A stretch of DNA of 34,842 nt, taken from the NCBI GenBank assembly GCA_020058565.1, contig JAGVDT010000036.1, positions 1 through 34,842 of the forward strand, in the 5' to 3' direction. Source of the stretch: Minisyncoccota bacterium. Its GTDB lineage: Bacteria > Patescibacteriota > Minisyncoccia > Phycocordibacterales > UBA2100. The position numbers and the translations under genes were made by a program. Under the pieces are notes generated by a model. That model searched no databases and was not told the DNA's origin. It worked only from the letters and a program-made list of their open reading frames with translations. Positions 14,998-22,956 of this stretch are shown here, piece by piece (positions within the stretch are counted from its first letter, which is position 1; each line of letters opens with the position of its first letter).

Positions 14998-15042
14998 TTA
15001 TCGGCGCTTCTTTGCTTTCTTTGCCTTCTTTTTCTTTGCCAT
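14998..15042 (-). CDS. Speculative 14-codon polybasic sORF (MAKKKKAKKAKKRR)
   Basis: rc of 14998-15042 is atggcaaagaaaaagaaggcaaagaaagcaaagaagcgccgataa. No Shine-Dalgarno sequence is visible. It is followed by two hairpins. Confidence 0.2.
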   Translation of the reverse strand: MAKKKKAKKAKKRR

Positions 15043-15163
15043 ATCGATGATGGGTTTTTTGTATCTAATTCGACCCGCCTCGCTCTCCCAGAAGAGTCTG
15101 ACGATGCGTTATTCCTAGATTATTGCATTGCAATATGAAAAATGTGCGAACAAAAAAAATTTG

Positions 15164-15172
15164 TGTGGATAA
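15164..15172 (-). promoter_or_regulatory. Perfect consensus DnaA box (TTATCCACA on the minus strand)
   Basis: The plus strand reads tgtggataa, inside the AT-rich island. It is the only perfect copy I found here. A 2-mismatch box, ttatccatc, lies at 15457-15465. Confidence 0.35.
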
Positions 15173-15174
15173 CT

Positions 15175-15212
15175 GAATCATAAAAATATTTTAAAAAAGA
15201 TTTTTATGATTC
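15175..15212. repeat. Perfect 13-bp AT-rich inverted repeat with a 12-nt spacer
   Basis: gaatcataaaaat (15175-15187), attttaaaaaag, atttttatgattc (15200-15212). Confidence 0.7.
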
Positions 15213-15292
15213 GGAAATCAAAAGTTAAAATTTGAAATTCAAGATGACAACTCAAAATTACATTGCATCGCGAATTCATCATCGAATAAATA

Positions 15293-15327
15293 TATTGAAA
15301 GGCGCAATGCGGAGGACGGGTGCGAGC
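15293..15327. repeat. 35-nt perfect direct repeat, copy 1
   Basis: tattgaaaggcgcaatgcggaggacgggtgcgagc, identical to 15473-15507 (period 180 nt). Confidence 0.9.
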
Positions 15328-15472
15328 ACGCAAAGAGCTCCGCTTTAAGAACCGCACGGTTCTTAATTATCTCCTTCACGGGGAAACTACAGTTTCCCCG
15401 ACCCCCTTCGGACTTTGGAGCTCGCCAGAGCGTTTGGCTTGAGCGGGTAAGCCGATTTTATCCATCGTTTTG
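15293..15472 (-). ncRNA. Candidate structured ncRNA, unit A (diverged tandem paralogue of unit B)
   Basis: Two stretches are homologous to unit B. cacggggaaactacagt (15377-15393) matches cacggtaaaactgcagt (15608-15624). actttggagctcgccagagcgtttggc matches actttcacgagagccagagattgctggc. The hairpins are 15379-15400 (10 bp) and 15347-15364 (8 bp), with gagctcc/ggagctc pairing 15345-15351 to 15416-15422. It ends in the same 35-nt module followed by uuucaauauauuuauu. Confidence 0.35.
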
Positions 15473-15507
15473 TATTGAAAGGCGCAATGCGGAGGACGGG
15501 TGCGAGC
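15473..15507. repeat. 35-nt perfect direct repeat, copy 2
   Basis: tattgaaaggcgcaatgcggaggacgggtgcgagc. The flanks diverge immediately on both sides (a/g at -1, a/t at +1). Confidence 0.9.
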
Positions 15508-15686
15508 TCCAAAGTGAAAGTTATGTGAGTGCCGCCGCCCTCCGCGCTGCGCCCTTCGTAGTCTTGACGAAGAAGAACTGCATCCTTCCAAAGAAATGAT
15601 ACCACCCCACGGTAAAACTGCAGTACCCCGCGAAGCGGGGTACTTACAGTACTTTCACGAGAGCCAGAGATTGCTGGCACTCACAT
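15473..15686 (-). ncRNA. Candidate structured ncRNA, unit B (promoter-proximal); family unknown
   Basis: An 11-bp closing helix, auguGAGUGCC (15686-15676) with GGCACUCacau (15533-15523), encloses about 140 nt. That interior contains hairpins 15617-15650 (core 9 bp, guaccccgc-uuc-gcgggguac) and 15554-15572 (cuucgu/acgaag). A 17-bp stem pairs 15553-15535 with 15499-15481 inside the 35-nt module. One pair in that stem is G-U on the minus strand but A-C on the plus strand. The stem is followed by uuucaaua. Confidence 0.45.
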
Positions 15687-15691
15687 TGAGG

Positions 15692-15719
15692 ATTATACCC
15701 TAGCGACGTCGCGCAGCAA
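15692..15719 (-). promoter_or_regulatory. Sigma70-like promoter TTGCTG-16 nt-TATAAT reading into the structured units
   Basis: The minus strand reads ttgctg (rc of 15714-15719), cgcgacgtcgctaggg, tataat (rc of 15692-15697). It starts directly after the stop of the upstream gene (15721). The predicted start, near 15684-15686, coincides with the 5' end of the 11-bp closing helix. Confidence 0.5.
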
Positions 15720-15720
15720 C

Positions 15721-17961
15721 CTAAGGCTTGGGTGCGGTTCCGTCTTGCACTTGTTGGATATATTTTTCCGCTTCGGCCGTCACCGATGGCACATTTTGTA
15801 TTGCGGTGCGCAGGGTGCTGATGGATTTCACAGTATCTCCGGCGGCATAGTAAGCGGCGGCCAAGGTGAAATAAGCCTCAGAATTCCACGGCTCCGCGGC
15901 AACTTTCGCTTCCCACAGCTTAGCAATCTTGTGGTACTGCCCGCGCGCCCCGTATGCGGCCGCTATGCGCTGATCGGCAGCTCTGCCTGTCGGTATAATG
16001 GGAGCAAGGACTTCGTCTGCAAGCTGGTCGGACCCTGCCCGAATCAAAAGCGCCGCGTAGTACAGACGCGCCTCGGCATTTTCCGGCTCAACCTCATACG
16101 CCGACCTGAAAGCGTCAAGCGCTCCCTGAGCGTCGTTGCGAGCGATGGCATTCTGCCCCACTTGGTAAAAGATCGATTGCTTGGTGGGCGAAAGCTCCAG
16201 CGCGCGATCAAAGGACTTGCGCGCGTTTTCCAGATCGCCGTATGCCTGGTACACAAGCCCGGTGAAAAGCGGGAAGCGCGCATCAAGCGGAGAAATCTTT
16301 TCTTGCTTTGTCATTTCCGCCACAGAAACTTGCAGGAACTTCTGTTTGATGTCATTTGAAATGCTGGAACCGGCTATCTGCGCTGCGGCCTGCGCCAGCT
16401 GCTCGCGGACTTCCTGCGTGCCGATAGAATTCACGCTGGCCGCGGCCTGAAAATCCGAGAGGACCTTTTCATAATTGCCCTGCGAGCCGGACATCAGAGC
16501 ACTGATGAGTGTAAGGTTTTGGGAAATCCCGGGCGCATTTGCCCACCACCCTATACTTGCCACCAGTATCGCGCACCCCACCATCGAAAATCCGAGTGCT
16601 TCTTTTGGCAGGGGCGCGGCCTCTACTACACGCGGCGTTTTATCGGCTTCGCTTTCACGCCAGATCACATAGCCCAGCACAGTCGCAAAAAGAATGTAGC
16701 TCGTCACGTTGTCGAATACGAACAGGTTGTGGAAGAAATACCCCGCAAAGAGGCCGATAAGTATTGCGCTTTCGTCGTGCCTGAAAGCTCTGCTGCGCCA
16801 GAGACTATAGAGCGCTGTCGCAAATATCGAGAGGTACGCCGCGAGCCCCAGCATTCCGCCTGCGACGAGCCAGTCGAAAATGCTGTTATGCACTCGATCG
16901 AACCACGGTTCGGCGCTATGCATGCCCGGATCGTAATATTTGTCGAAAACAATCGCGTAGTTCTCCTGGCCCCAGCCGAGTATTGGACGCTCTTTAAAGC
17001 CCTGCCAAGCCATGCCCCAGTTCATGTAGCGAGACTGCACCGTCGGATCGTTTATGGAAATGTTGGCCAGACGCACCAGAAAACCGATCTTGGCGACTTC
17101 CGGAGAACTGCGAAGCGTATAAAGAATGCCGGCGATGACGATCAAAACGCCAATAGCCGCGAAAACGTAGATTCTAATGCGCTTGGCATTTTCCGCGCGA
17201 AACACGTACACAAGCCCCGCGAGTGTCGCACCGCCGATAAGCCCCAGAGTCGTGCCGCGAGTACCGGTAAACAAGAGAACGATAATATCGAAAACTATTA
17301 CGGACCCGTAGGTTATCGACATCCACATTCGCTTGCCGGGTTTGCGCTCACGCCATTCCTGGACCCAAAGCATTGCGGCAAGGAATATATGGAAAAGATC
17401 GTACGCAGCGAGATAAATAGCGTTGCCAAACGTGGCGTCTATACGGCCGGCGAGCCCATTGGCTCCGCCCTGCCCCACCGCGCTCCATCCGAAAAGCTGG
17501 CGCATCCCCATAAAGCCGACGCCCACCGATACCGCGAGCGAGAGCTGGAAGAGCCTGCGCCACAGTTTCTCGGTATTCAAAACAGAGACCACTACGACCA
17601 GGTACGTGAAAAGGTGGGCGATGGTGACCCATCCATCCATACGCTCAAAGTTGCTCCAGAAGCTCTTGAACGGATTAACCCCCTGCGCATCGGCGATTGC
17701 CATTATGAGCACAAATACGGCAAATGCCGCCAGTATCCAATTTTTGCGCGGCCGGTACTGCGGCAGTATCAGTGCGAGCGCTAGCCACGCGGCAGCCATT
17801 ATTTCGACAACGATGCGAAAGTAGAAATTTTTGCCTGTGATGAAGGGGAAAAACATCCCGTCCGCGATGTAAAAAACCACGAAAGGAAGCGAGAAGGCTC
17901 CGCCGATCGCTGTCCAGCGCAGGATTTGTTCGAGAGCCCGCATGAGGACGCATTGTAGCAC
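15721..17961 (-). CDS. O-antigen ligase/polymerase-like (Wzy_C-type) polytopic membrane protein with a C-terminal TPR domain
   Basis: About 10-12 TM segments with a large loop after FTGTRGTTLGLIGGATLAGL. The C-terminal ~250 aa are TPR-like (YQAYGDLENARKSFDRALELSP, ARNDAQGALDAFRSAYEVEPENAEA, YYAAGDTVKSISTLRTAIQ). Confidence 0.7.
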   Translation of the reverse strand: MLQCVLMRALEQILRWTAIGGAFSLPFVVFYIADGMFFPFITGKNFYFRIVVEIMAAAWLALALILPQYRPRKNWILAAFAVFVLIMAIADAQGVNPFKSFWSNFERMDGWVTIAHLFTYLVVVVSVLNTEKLWRRLFQLSLAVSVGVGFMGMRQLFGWSAVGQGGANGLAGRIDATFGNAIYLAAYDLFHIFLAAMLWVQEWRERKPGKRMWMSITYGSVIVFDIIVLLFTGTRGTTLGLIGGATLAGLVYVFRAENAKRIRIYVFAAIGVLIVIAGILYTLRSSPEVAKIGFLVRLANISINDPTVQSRYMNWGMAWQGFKERPILGWGQENYAIVFDKYYDPGMHSAEPWFDRVHNSIFDWLVAGGMLGLAAYLSIFATALYSLWRSRAFRHDESAILIGLFAGYFFHNLFVFDNVTSYILFATVLGYVIWRESEADKTPRVVEAAPLPKEALGFSMVGCAILVASIGWWANAPGISQNLTLISALMSGSQGNYEKVLSDFQAAASVNSIGTQEVREQLAQAAAQIAGSSISNDIKQKFLQVSVAEMTKQEKISPLDARFPLFTGLVYQAYGDLENARKSFDRALELSPTKQSIFYQVGQNAIARNDAQGALDAFRSAYEVEPENAEARLYYAALLIRAGSDQLADEVLAPIIPTGRAADQRIAAAYGARGQYHKIAKLWEAKVAAEPWNSEAYFTLAAAYYAAGDTVKSISTLRTAIQNVPSVTAEAEKYIQQVQDGTAPKP

Positions 17962-17982
17962 GGCCCCGAAATGCCGCCATCG

Positions 17983-19218
17983 CTACATGACCTTGACCTT
18001 CGGTACCGGTATGATGAATTTCGTACCCTGCGCCCGCAGCGCCTGTTCGCGATGCAAGATCGCAGGCGCATAGTTCCAAGCCAGCAAAAGCAAATAATCC
18101 GGCCTCTTCGTGAAAAGTATATCTGGGGGGACCACCGGGATATGCGCTCCCGGAGTAAACGTCCATTGCTTGAGGGGTATGGTATCGGTAATGAAATCCA
18201 GATGTTTGGCTGTAACACCGACGTAATTCAAAAGGGTGTTGCCCTTGGCCGAAGCTCCGTACCCCGCAATAGAGGCGCCTTTTTTCTTTAGTTTGTCTAA
18301 GAGCGACTTAAGGTCGCGTTTGTTTTTCTCTACTTTAGGGGCAAACCGGCGGAATGCGCGCATGGAGTCGATGCCTACGCTCCTTTCTAGGGCGAGAAGT
18401 TTTTTGACCCTTGCGGAAGGCTTTCCTTTTTTCTGCACGAAAAATCTCAAAGATTCTCCGTGTATCGGGACCCTCTGTACGTCGGTTACCATAAAACCAA
18501 ATCGCTCTGCGAGATATTTGACGGCGTGGAGCGAATAGTAGGAAAGATGTTCGTGATAAATCTGGTCGAATCCTCCATCGCCGATCAAGTTGTAAACCCA
18601 ATGCGCCTCGAAGACAAAAACCCCGTCGTCGCGCAAAAGTATCTCAATCCCCCTGAAAACATCGTCCAGATCGTCGATATGCGCTATCACATTGTTTGCG
18701 AATATGACTTTCGCTTGGCCATGCTTTTTGACGATGTCCTTGGCAACGCGGACGCCGAAAAAGTCAACGATTGTTTCGACACCTCGTTTTTTAGCCTCGA
18801 GCGCGGCAGTCTCTGCCGGGTCGACCCCAAGCACGTTCACTTCATCTTTTATGGCAGAAAGCAAAATACCGTCATTACTTCCTATTTCGACCGCCAGATC
18901 TCCCCGCCCGAGTCCGAAGCGCTTTACGATGTCTCGCGCCTCTCTCTGGAAATGGTCAACCAGGACCGGGGATCCGGACGTCAAATAATGGTACCCAGAA
19001 AATAAAACCTCCGGGTCCACCACATGCGCCAACTGCACCAGAGAACATTTCCGACAAAAAACGAGCTGCAGCGGATACGTTGCGTCCTTTTTACGGGCAG
19101 CCTCCTTGGAGAGAAAGGCATTGGCGAGCGCGGTCTTGCCAAGGTTTAGGATGAGCTTCAAATCTTTTGCGCCGCAGATCCGGCAGGTCTTTCTTTTACG
19201 GAAATGAGCGCTTGACAT
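17983..19218 (-). CDS. SAM-dependent NDP-hexose C-methyltransferase (TylCIII-like architecture)
   Basis: N-terminal Zn-ribbon-type CRICGAKDLKLILNLGKTALANAF, a class I methyltransferase core (DLAVEIGSNDGILL), and a C-methyltransferase C-terminal domain. I prefer the start at MSSAHF (ATG is rc of 19216-19218, preceded by aagggggc), because the track's longer ORF overlaps the upstream gene by 67 nt. Confidence 0.7.
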   Translation of the reverse strand: MSSAHFRKRKTCRICGAKDLKLILNLGKTALANAFLSKEAARKKDATYPLQLVFCRKCSLVQLAHVVDPEVLFSGYHYLTSGSPVLVDHFQREARDIVKRFGLGRGDLAVEIGSNDGILLSAIKDEVNVLGVDPAETAALEAKKRGVETIVDFFGVRVAKDIVKKHGQAKVIFANNVIAHIDDLDDVFRGIEILLRDDGVFVFEAHWVYNLIGDGGFDQIYHEHLSYYSLHAVKYLAERFGFMVTDVQRVPIHGESLRFFVQKKGKPSARVKKLLALERSVGIDSMRAFRRFAPKVEKNKRDLKSLLDKLKKKGASIAGYGASAKGNTLLNYVGVTAKHLDFITDTIPLKQWTFTPGAHIPVVPPDILFTKRPDYLLLLAWNYAPAILHREQALRAQGTKFIIPVPKVKVM

Positions 19219-19229
19219 GCCCCCTTGTA

Positions 19230-20678
19230 TCACTTTTTTGGAGTTTGGGAAACAGTCTTCTCCTCGAAGAATTCCTGCTCCTCGCCGAGCTCCCATACGT
19301 CATGATGTTCGCCAAAGAGATTGCGAACCGTCAACATTCCCGTGTACATGGCATGATCCTGGTCCTTGTATTTGTACATGCCCGCCCTGCCAATGAGCCT
19401 GAGATTCTGAAACTGCTCCAAGAAAGCTCTCAGCGCTGCAAACTTTTCGCGGTACCCCATATAATATGTCGGGTATGCGTCGTCGCTTCGTATTACGTAC
19501 GCGCCGCCAAATTCTTCGTGACGGACTAAGCCAAGCTCTGTCATTTCTCGGAGCGCCAACTCGATGAGCTCGTCATCCTTTTTATTCCAAAACTCATCAC
19601 CCTCATAACAGAAAAACTCGATGCCTATGGCGGATGTGTTTGGGTCGGCCAACATGTCGGAGCTAAACTGCCCGTAGTTGCCTATCCGCGCAATCCGCAC
19701 GTCGGTGGATTGAATATAGAACCACGAATCTTCAAACAAGTCTTTGCGCTTGATTATCATGTTGACGACGATATGCGCTCGAAAACGCATTGCTTTTGTG
19801 AGCTCCAGCACATTCTTTGAAGCCGGCGGCGTCATCGACGCGACGAGAAGATTGCTGGGAATACTGGAGATAAACACGTCTCCTTCCACATCCTCTCGCC
19901 CCGCTGCAGTCTCGACAGTCACCGCGCGTATGCACGACTCTTCGCATCTGACTGCAATGATTTTGCTGTTGAGCAAAAATTTCACTCCCAAGACCTCAAG
20001 TTCTTGCTGCATTTTCTCGTAAAACATGCCCGCCCCGTATCGGGGATAGAAAAATTGCGCGCCAATGTTTTTCACTTGCTCCATAGTAAACATGCTCTTG
20101 ACCAGTTCGCCGAATACATCGAGTATTTTTATCGGTTTTATGCGCTGTCCGGCCCAGTCCACCCCCACCTCGTCAGCCTCAATACCCCACACTTTTTTCG
20201 TGTAATCCCGGAAAAAAGCTTTTGATATCCTGTTGCCGAAGGTTTTGGTCGTCCACTCCGCGAAATTTTTGGGCTCTTTGTTGCGCCATACGAGCTGCGC
20301 TTTTAGAAAACTTGCTCCGGCGAGCATGCTCTGTATCAAACCAAGGTTATACAGCGCGTTCACCATCTTTAGAGGATATTGGAAAAATCTCCCCCGATAA
20401 TATATGCGTGTTATTCTGGGCCGAACGAGCAAATCTTTGCCGAGCATTTTCTTCCAGAGGTCCTCAACCTCGGCATACTTTGTCATCATCCGATGCGGCC
20501 CGACGTCAAAAAAATATCCCTGGAATTTTTCTGTGCGCGCCAGCCCTCCGACGCGATCATTTTTATCAAGCACCACCACATGTTTGGCGCCTCTTTTTGA
20601 AAGTTCCCACGCAGCGCCCATACCCGCAGGACCAGCGCCCAGTATCACAAATCTCTTGTCTTTCGTTTCACCAACCAT
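19230..20678 (-). CDS. FAD-dependent oxidoreductase, UDP-galactopyranose-mutase-like (tentative)
   Basis: Rossmann motif FVILGAGPAGMGAAWELSKRG...VLDKNDRVGGLART, then DVGPHRMMT and YTKKVWG, comparable to the Glf motifs GPHIFHT and YT.KQWG. It is a paralogue of 28578-30005. Confidence 0.55.
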   Translation of the reverse strand: MVGETKDKRFVILGAGPAGMGAAWELSKRGAKHVVVLDKNDRVGGLARTEKFQGYFFDVGPHRMMTKYAEVEDLWKKMLGKDLLVRPRITRIYYRGRFFQYPLKMVNALYNLGLIQSMLAGASFLKAQLVWRNKEPKNFAEWTTKTFGNRISKAFFRDYTKKVWGIEADEVGVDWAGQRIKPIKILDVFGELVKSMFTMEQVKNIGAQFFYPRYGAGMFYEKMQQELEVLGVKFLLNSKIIAVRCEESCIRAVTVETAAGREDVEGDVFISSIPSNLLVASMTPPASKNVLELTKAMRFRAHIVVNMIIKRKDLFEDSWFYIQSTDVRIARIGNYGQFSSDMLADPNTSAIGIEFFCYEGDEFWNKKDDELIELALREMTELGLVRHEEFGGAYVIRSDDAYPTYYMGYREKFAALRAFLEQFQNLRLIGRAGMYKYKDQDHAMYTGMLTVRNLFGEHHDVWELGEEQEFFEEKTVSQTPKK

Positions 20679-20696
20679 TCGAGGATTGTATCAGCA

Positions 20697-21623
20697 CTAG
20701 AGATTGGCGTCTTGTATCCATTTGATTGTGCGCTTAACCCCTTCGGAGAGGCTTACTTTGGGCACCCATCCGAGCGCTTTTTTTGTCTCGCGTATCGAGA
20801 AATATAGATTTGGCACGTCAATAAAACGCTGCTCTTTGTGTATCATTGTTGCCTTGAGTCCGCTTTGCTTTTCTATAGCCTGAATAAGATTTCCGAGCGT
20901 AACGCCGCGGCCGCTCGCTACATTGAGCGTGAGGTTTTTCACCCGAGGCTTCAAGGCTGAAACAATCGCTCCCGATAAATCATCGATATACAAAAAATCC
21001 CGCGTAATGTCGGGTGATCCCCATATTTCGATGGGTCTTTTACCCAGAATATTGTACGCAAAGCGGCTCACCACGCCGTGCGTAGTGGCAAACTGCCCGG
21101 GCCCATAGGCATTGGTGCTTCGCAAAATGACATATGCGAATCCGTGTTTTTCAGCATAGTGGCGCACATAATGCTCCGTGGCGAGTTTCATCGTTCCGTA
21201 TGCAGACCTGGGATGCGGCAGTGCGCTGGTTTCCACCGGAAGCTTCGGCGCTGATCCGTACACGGCCGGTCCCGAAGACAAATACACAATTTTCGCGATG
21301 CGTTCTCGGGCCGCCTGTTCAAGCAGCGTAAGCGTGCCTATAATGCTGACTTTGGCGTCCTGAATGGGATTTTGTTCGGACGTGGCTTGATTGGAGGTGC
21401 CTGCCAAATGAATAATAATGCTTCCTGGCGCTATAGCTTTCCTAAGAATATTCAAATCATCGAAGTCACCCCTAAAAAAACGTATCTTCCCCGCAAACTC
21501 TTTTGGGGGGTTGTTGTGATCAATAACCGTAATTGCGTTATATCCTGCGGCGAGAAGATGCTCAACGAGATTTTTTCCAACGAAGCCGGAGCCCCCGGTT
21601 ATGCAAATGGGTGTTTTTTTCAT
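20697..21623 (-). CDS. NAD-dependent nucleotide-sugar epimerase/dehydratase (extended SDR)
   Basis: ITGGSGFVGKNLVEHLL (GxxGxxG) and a YGTMK (YxxxK) catalytic motif. 308 aa. Confidence 0.8.
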   Translation of the reverse strand: MKKTPICITGGSGFVGKNLVEHLLAAGYNAITVIDHNNPPKEFAGKIRFFRGDFDDLNILRKAIAPGSIIIHLAGTSNQATSEQNPIQDAKVSIIGTLTLLEQAARERIAKIVYLSSGPAVYGSAPKLPVETSALPHPRSAYGTMKLATEHYVRHYAEKHGFAYVILRSTNAYGPGQFATTHGVVSRFAYNILGKRPIEIWGSPDITRDFLYIDDLSGAIVSALKPRVKNLTLNVASGRGVTLGNLIQAIEKQSGLKATMIHKEQRFIDVPNLYFSIRETKKALGWVPKVSLSEGVKRTIKWIQDANL

Positions 21624-21661
21624 GATCGAATCCGGACAATACGCACCGTACTACACTAGTC

Positions 21662-22942
21662 TCAAATAGACAATCGCCATATTTTCCGCAGCCCATACGC
21701 CGCGAACACAAAAAAGAACCCAAGAAACGGAATGCTGTAGCGGCTCATTTCCGTGCCGCCGGGGTTTATGCCGCCCGAGATGCCGGCATTGATCCCCACC
21801 ATGGCGAGGAAAAACAACCCCCAGGGCAGGAGTTTGCGATCGGTCAGCGCCACGAGCCCGAGTGCATACACAAGCAGCCAGAAGACGCGGCCGGCCGCAA
21901 GGACAGCCTCCCACAGCGCCGAAGGGACGGCTTCATACAAAGAACGCGCCTGCGCATAAAGCATCGTGTGGATCAGGTATTCGTACCGGTCTGTAAAAAG
22001 CGAACTGAGCGAACGATGAATCTGAAAAAATAAGTATCCGGGCGTATCTTGCGCTATCACCTCGAGCGCGGCTTGTTTGTACTGAGCCGTATACTCAAAG
22101 CCAAAACGGGTGAATTTTCCGTCCCCAGGGCTGTCTGGCGCAACGTTTGCAATAGGAATCCCGCTCTGCGATGCGAATATGCTGACCGGATAAGCATACA
22201 AGTCATACCAGCCGCCGCTGCTTAATTCCCACGTATTGAACGTGATTTTGTTTCTGACATACCAGGGAGATATCACGGCAGCAGCGATTACTATGACTAG
22301 CGCCGCGCTGAGCAACGCCGCGCCAGATTTTTTGTCTCTTCGGTATGTCTGAAACGCAACAAACAGGACAAACACCGGTATGAAAAGGAGCGCAATGGGC
22401 CGCGCAAGCGTCGCAAGCCCCAGGAAAAGAGCGGCGAATTCGTAGCGATCGCGAAGCAACATCCAAAAGCTAAGCATCATCAGAAAGCCAAATAACACGT
22501 CCGACATCAAAAGCCCTCCCCAGTACACAAACATCGGCTCGAGCGCCACCAAAATCGCCGCCCAGATGGCGATCTGCCTATCCGCGAGCGCCGCGCCTAT
22601 TTTGTATGCAAAAACCACGATTGCCGCCGATAGTCCAGCCTGCACCAAAGCTATGGCAAAAAGCGGAAGCTTTGCATACAAGAGCGCCGCCAGAAACATC
22701 TGATACAGCGGGGTGTGAAAACCATTCGGGTAGTACGGCGGCTCGGTAGCAGCGCTAAACACGCCATGGTTGAGGAGATTGAGCGCGCCGTTGTAGAAAA
22801 AAGATTCTGCGTCCGAAAACGCGATAAACCCGTGCGCCCCGGCATGCACCTGCACGAAAAGCGCATAGAACGCGCGCAGGAGAAACGCGCCGAGAAAAAG
22901 CAAGACTTCCGTACGATGATCCCGATAAAAAATATGCAGCAT
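21662..22942 (-). CDS. GT-C fold membrane glycosyltransferase (ArnT/PMT-like)
   Basis: Polytopic protein with DAESFFYNGALNLLNHGVFS...YYPNGFHTPLYQMFLAAL, typical of ArnT/PMT_2-type enzymes. I chose the start at MLHIFY (ATG is rc of 22940-22942). The track's 512-aa version overlaps the upstream GT2 gene, and its extra N-terminus is Arg-rich junk. MVFDES (22987) is an alternative start. Confidence 0.65.
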   Translation of the reverse strand: MLHIFYRDHRTEVLLFLGAFLLRAFYALFVQVHAGAHGFIAFSDAESFFYNGALNLLNHGVFSAATEPPYYPNGFHTPLYQMFLAALLYAKLPLFAIALVQAGLSAAIVVFAYKIGAALADRQIAIWAAILVALEPMFVYWGGLLMSDVLFGFLMMLSFWMLLRDRYEFAALFLGLATLARPIALLFIPVFVLFVAFQTYRRDKKSGAALLSAALVIVIAAAVISPWYVRNKITFNTWELSSGGWYDLYAYPVSIFASQSGIPIANVAPDSPGDGKFTRFGFEYTAQYKQAALEVIAQDTPGYLFFQIHRSLSSLFTDRYEYLIHTMLYAQARSLYEAVPSALWEAVLAAGRVFWLLVYALGLVALTDRKLLPWGLFFLAMVGINAGISGGINPGGTEMSRYSIPFLGFFFVFAAYGLRKIWRLSI

Positions 22943-22956
22943 CGTGGTGGGGCGCT

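Noticed and set aside
15068-15100. A tRNA fragment: the minus strand reads gaggcgggtcgaatt, resembling a T-arm.
   Set aside because: The 3' half of the T-stem is absent, and no anticodon or acceptor stems can be drawn.
15293-15507. The two 35-nt direct repeats next to an AT-rich leader-like region looked like a mini CRISPR array.
   Set aside because: There are only two copies. The spacer would be 145 nt, far longer than real spacers, and it is itself highly structured and homologous to the sequence after repeat 2. No cas genes are in the window.
15293-15686. RNase P RNA: the minus strand contains AAAGUCCG (rc of 15408-15415) and AUCGGCUUAC (rc of 15446-15455), resembling the two P4 strands.
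   Set aside because: The motifs are in the wrong 5'-3' order and only about 35 nt apart. No GGUAAGAGC/J11-12-type S-domain motifs are present, and the terminal helices do not fit a P1/P2 arrangement.
16519-17784. A 421-aa plus-strand ORF, and similar long antisense ORFs (7184-7741, 18460-19005, 25951-26682, 31835-32458).
   Set aside because: Each lies fully antisense to a gene with clear family signatures. Their translations are Arg/Pro/His-rich with no recognisable motifs.
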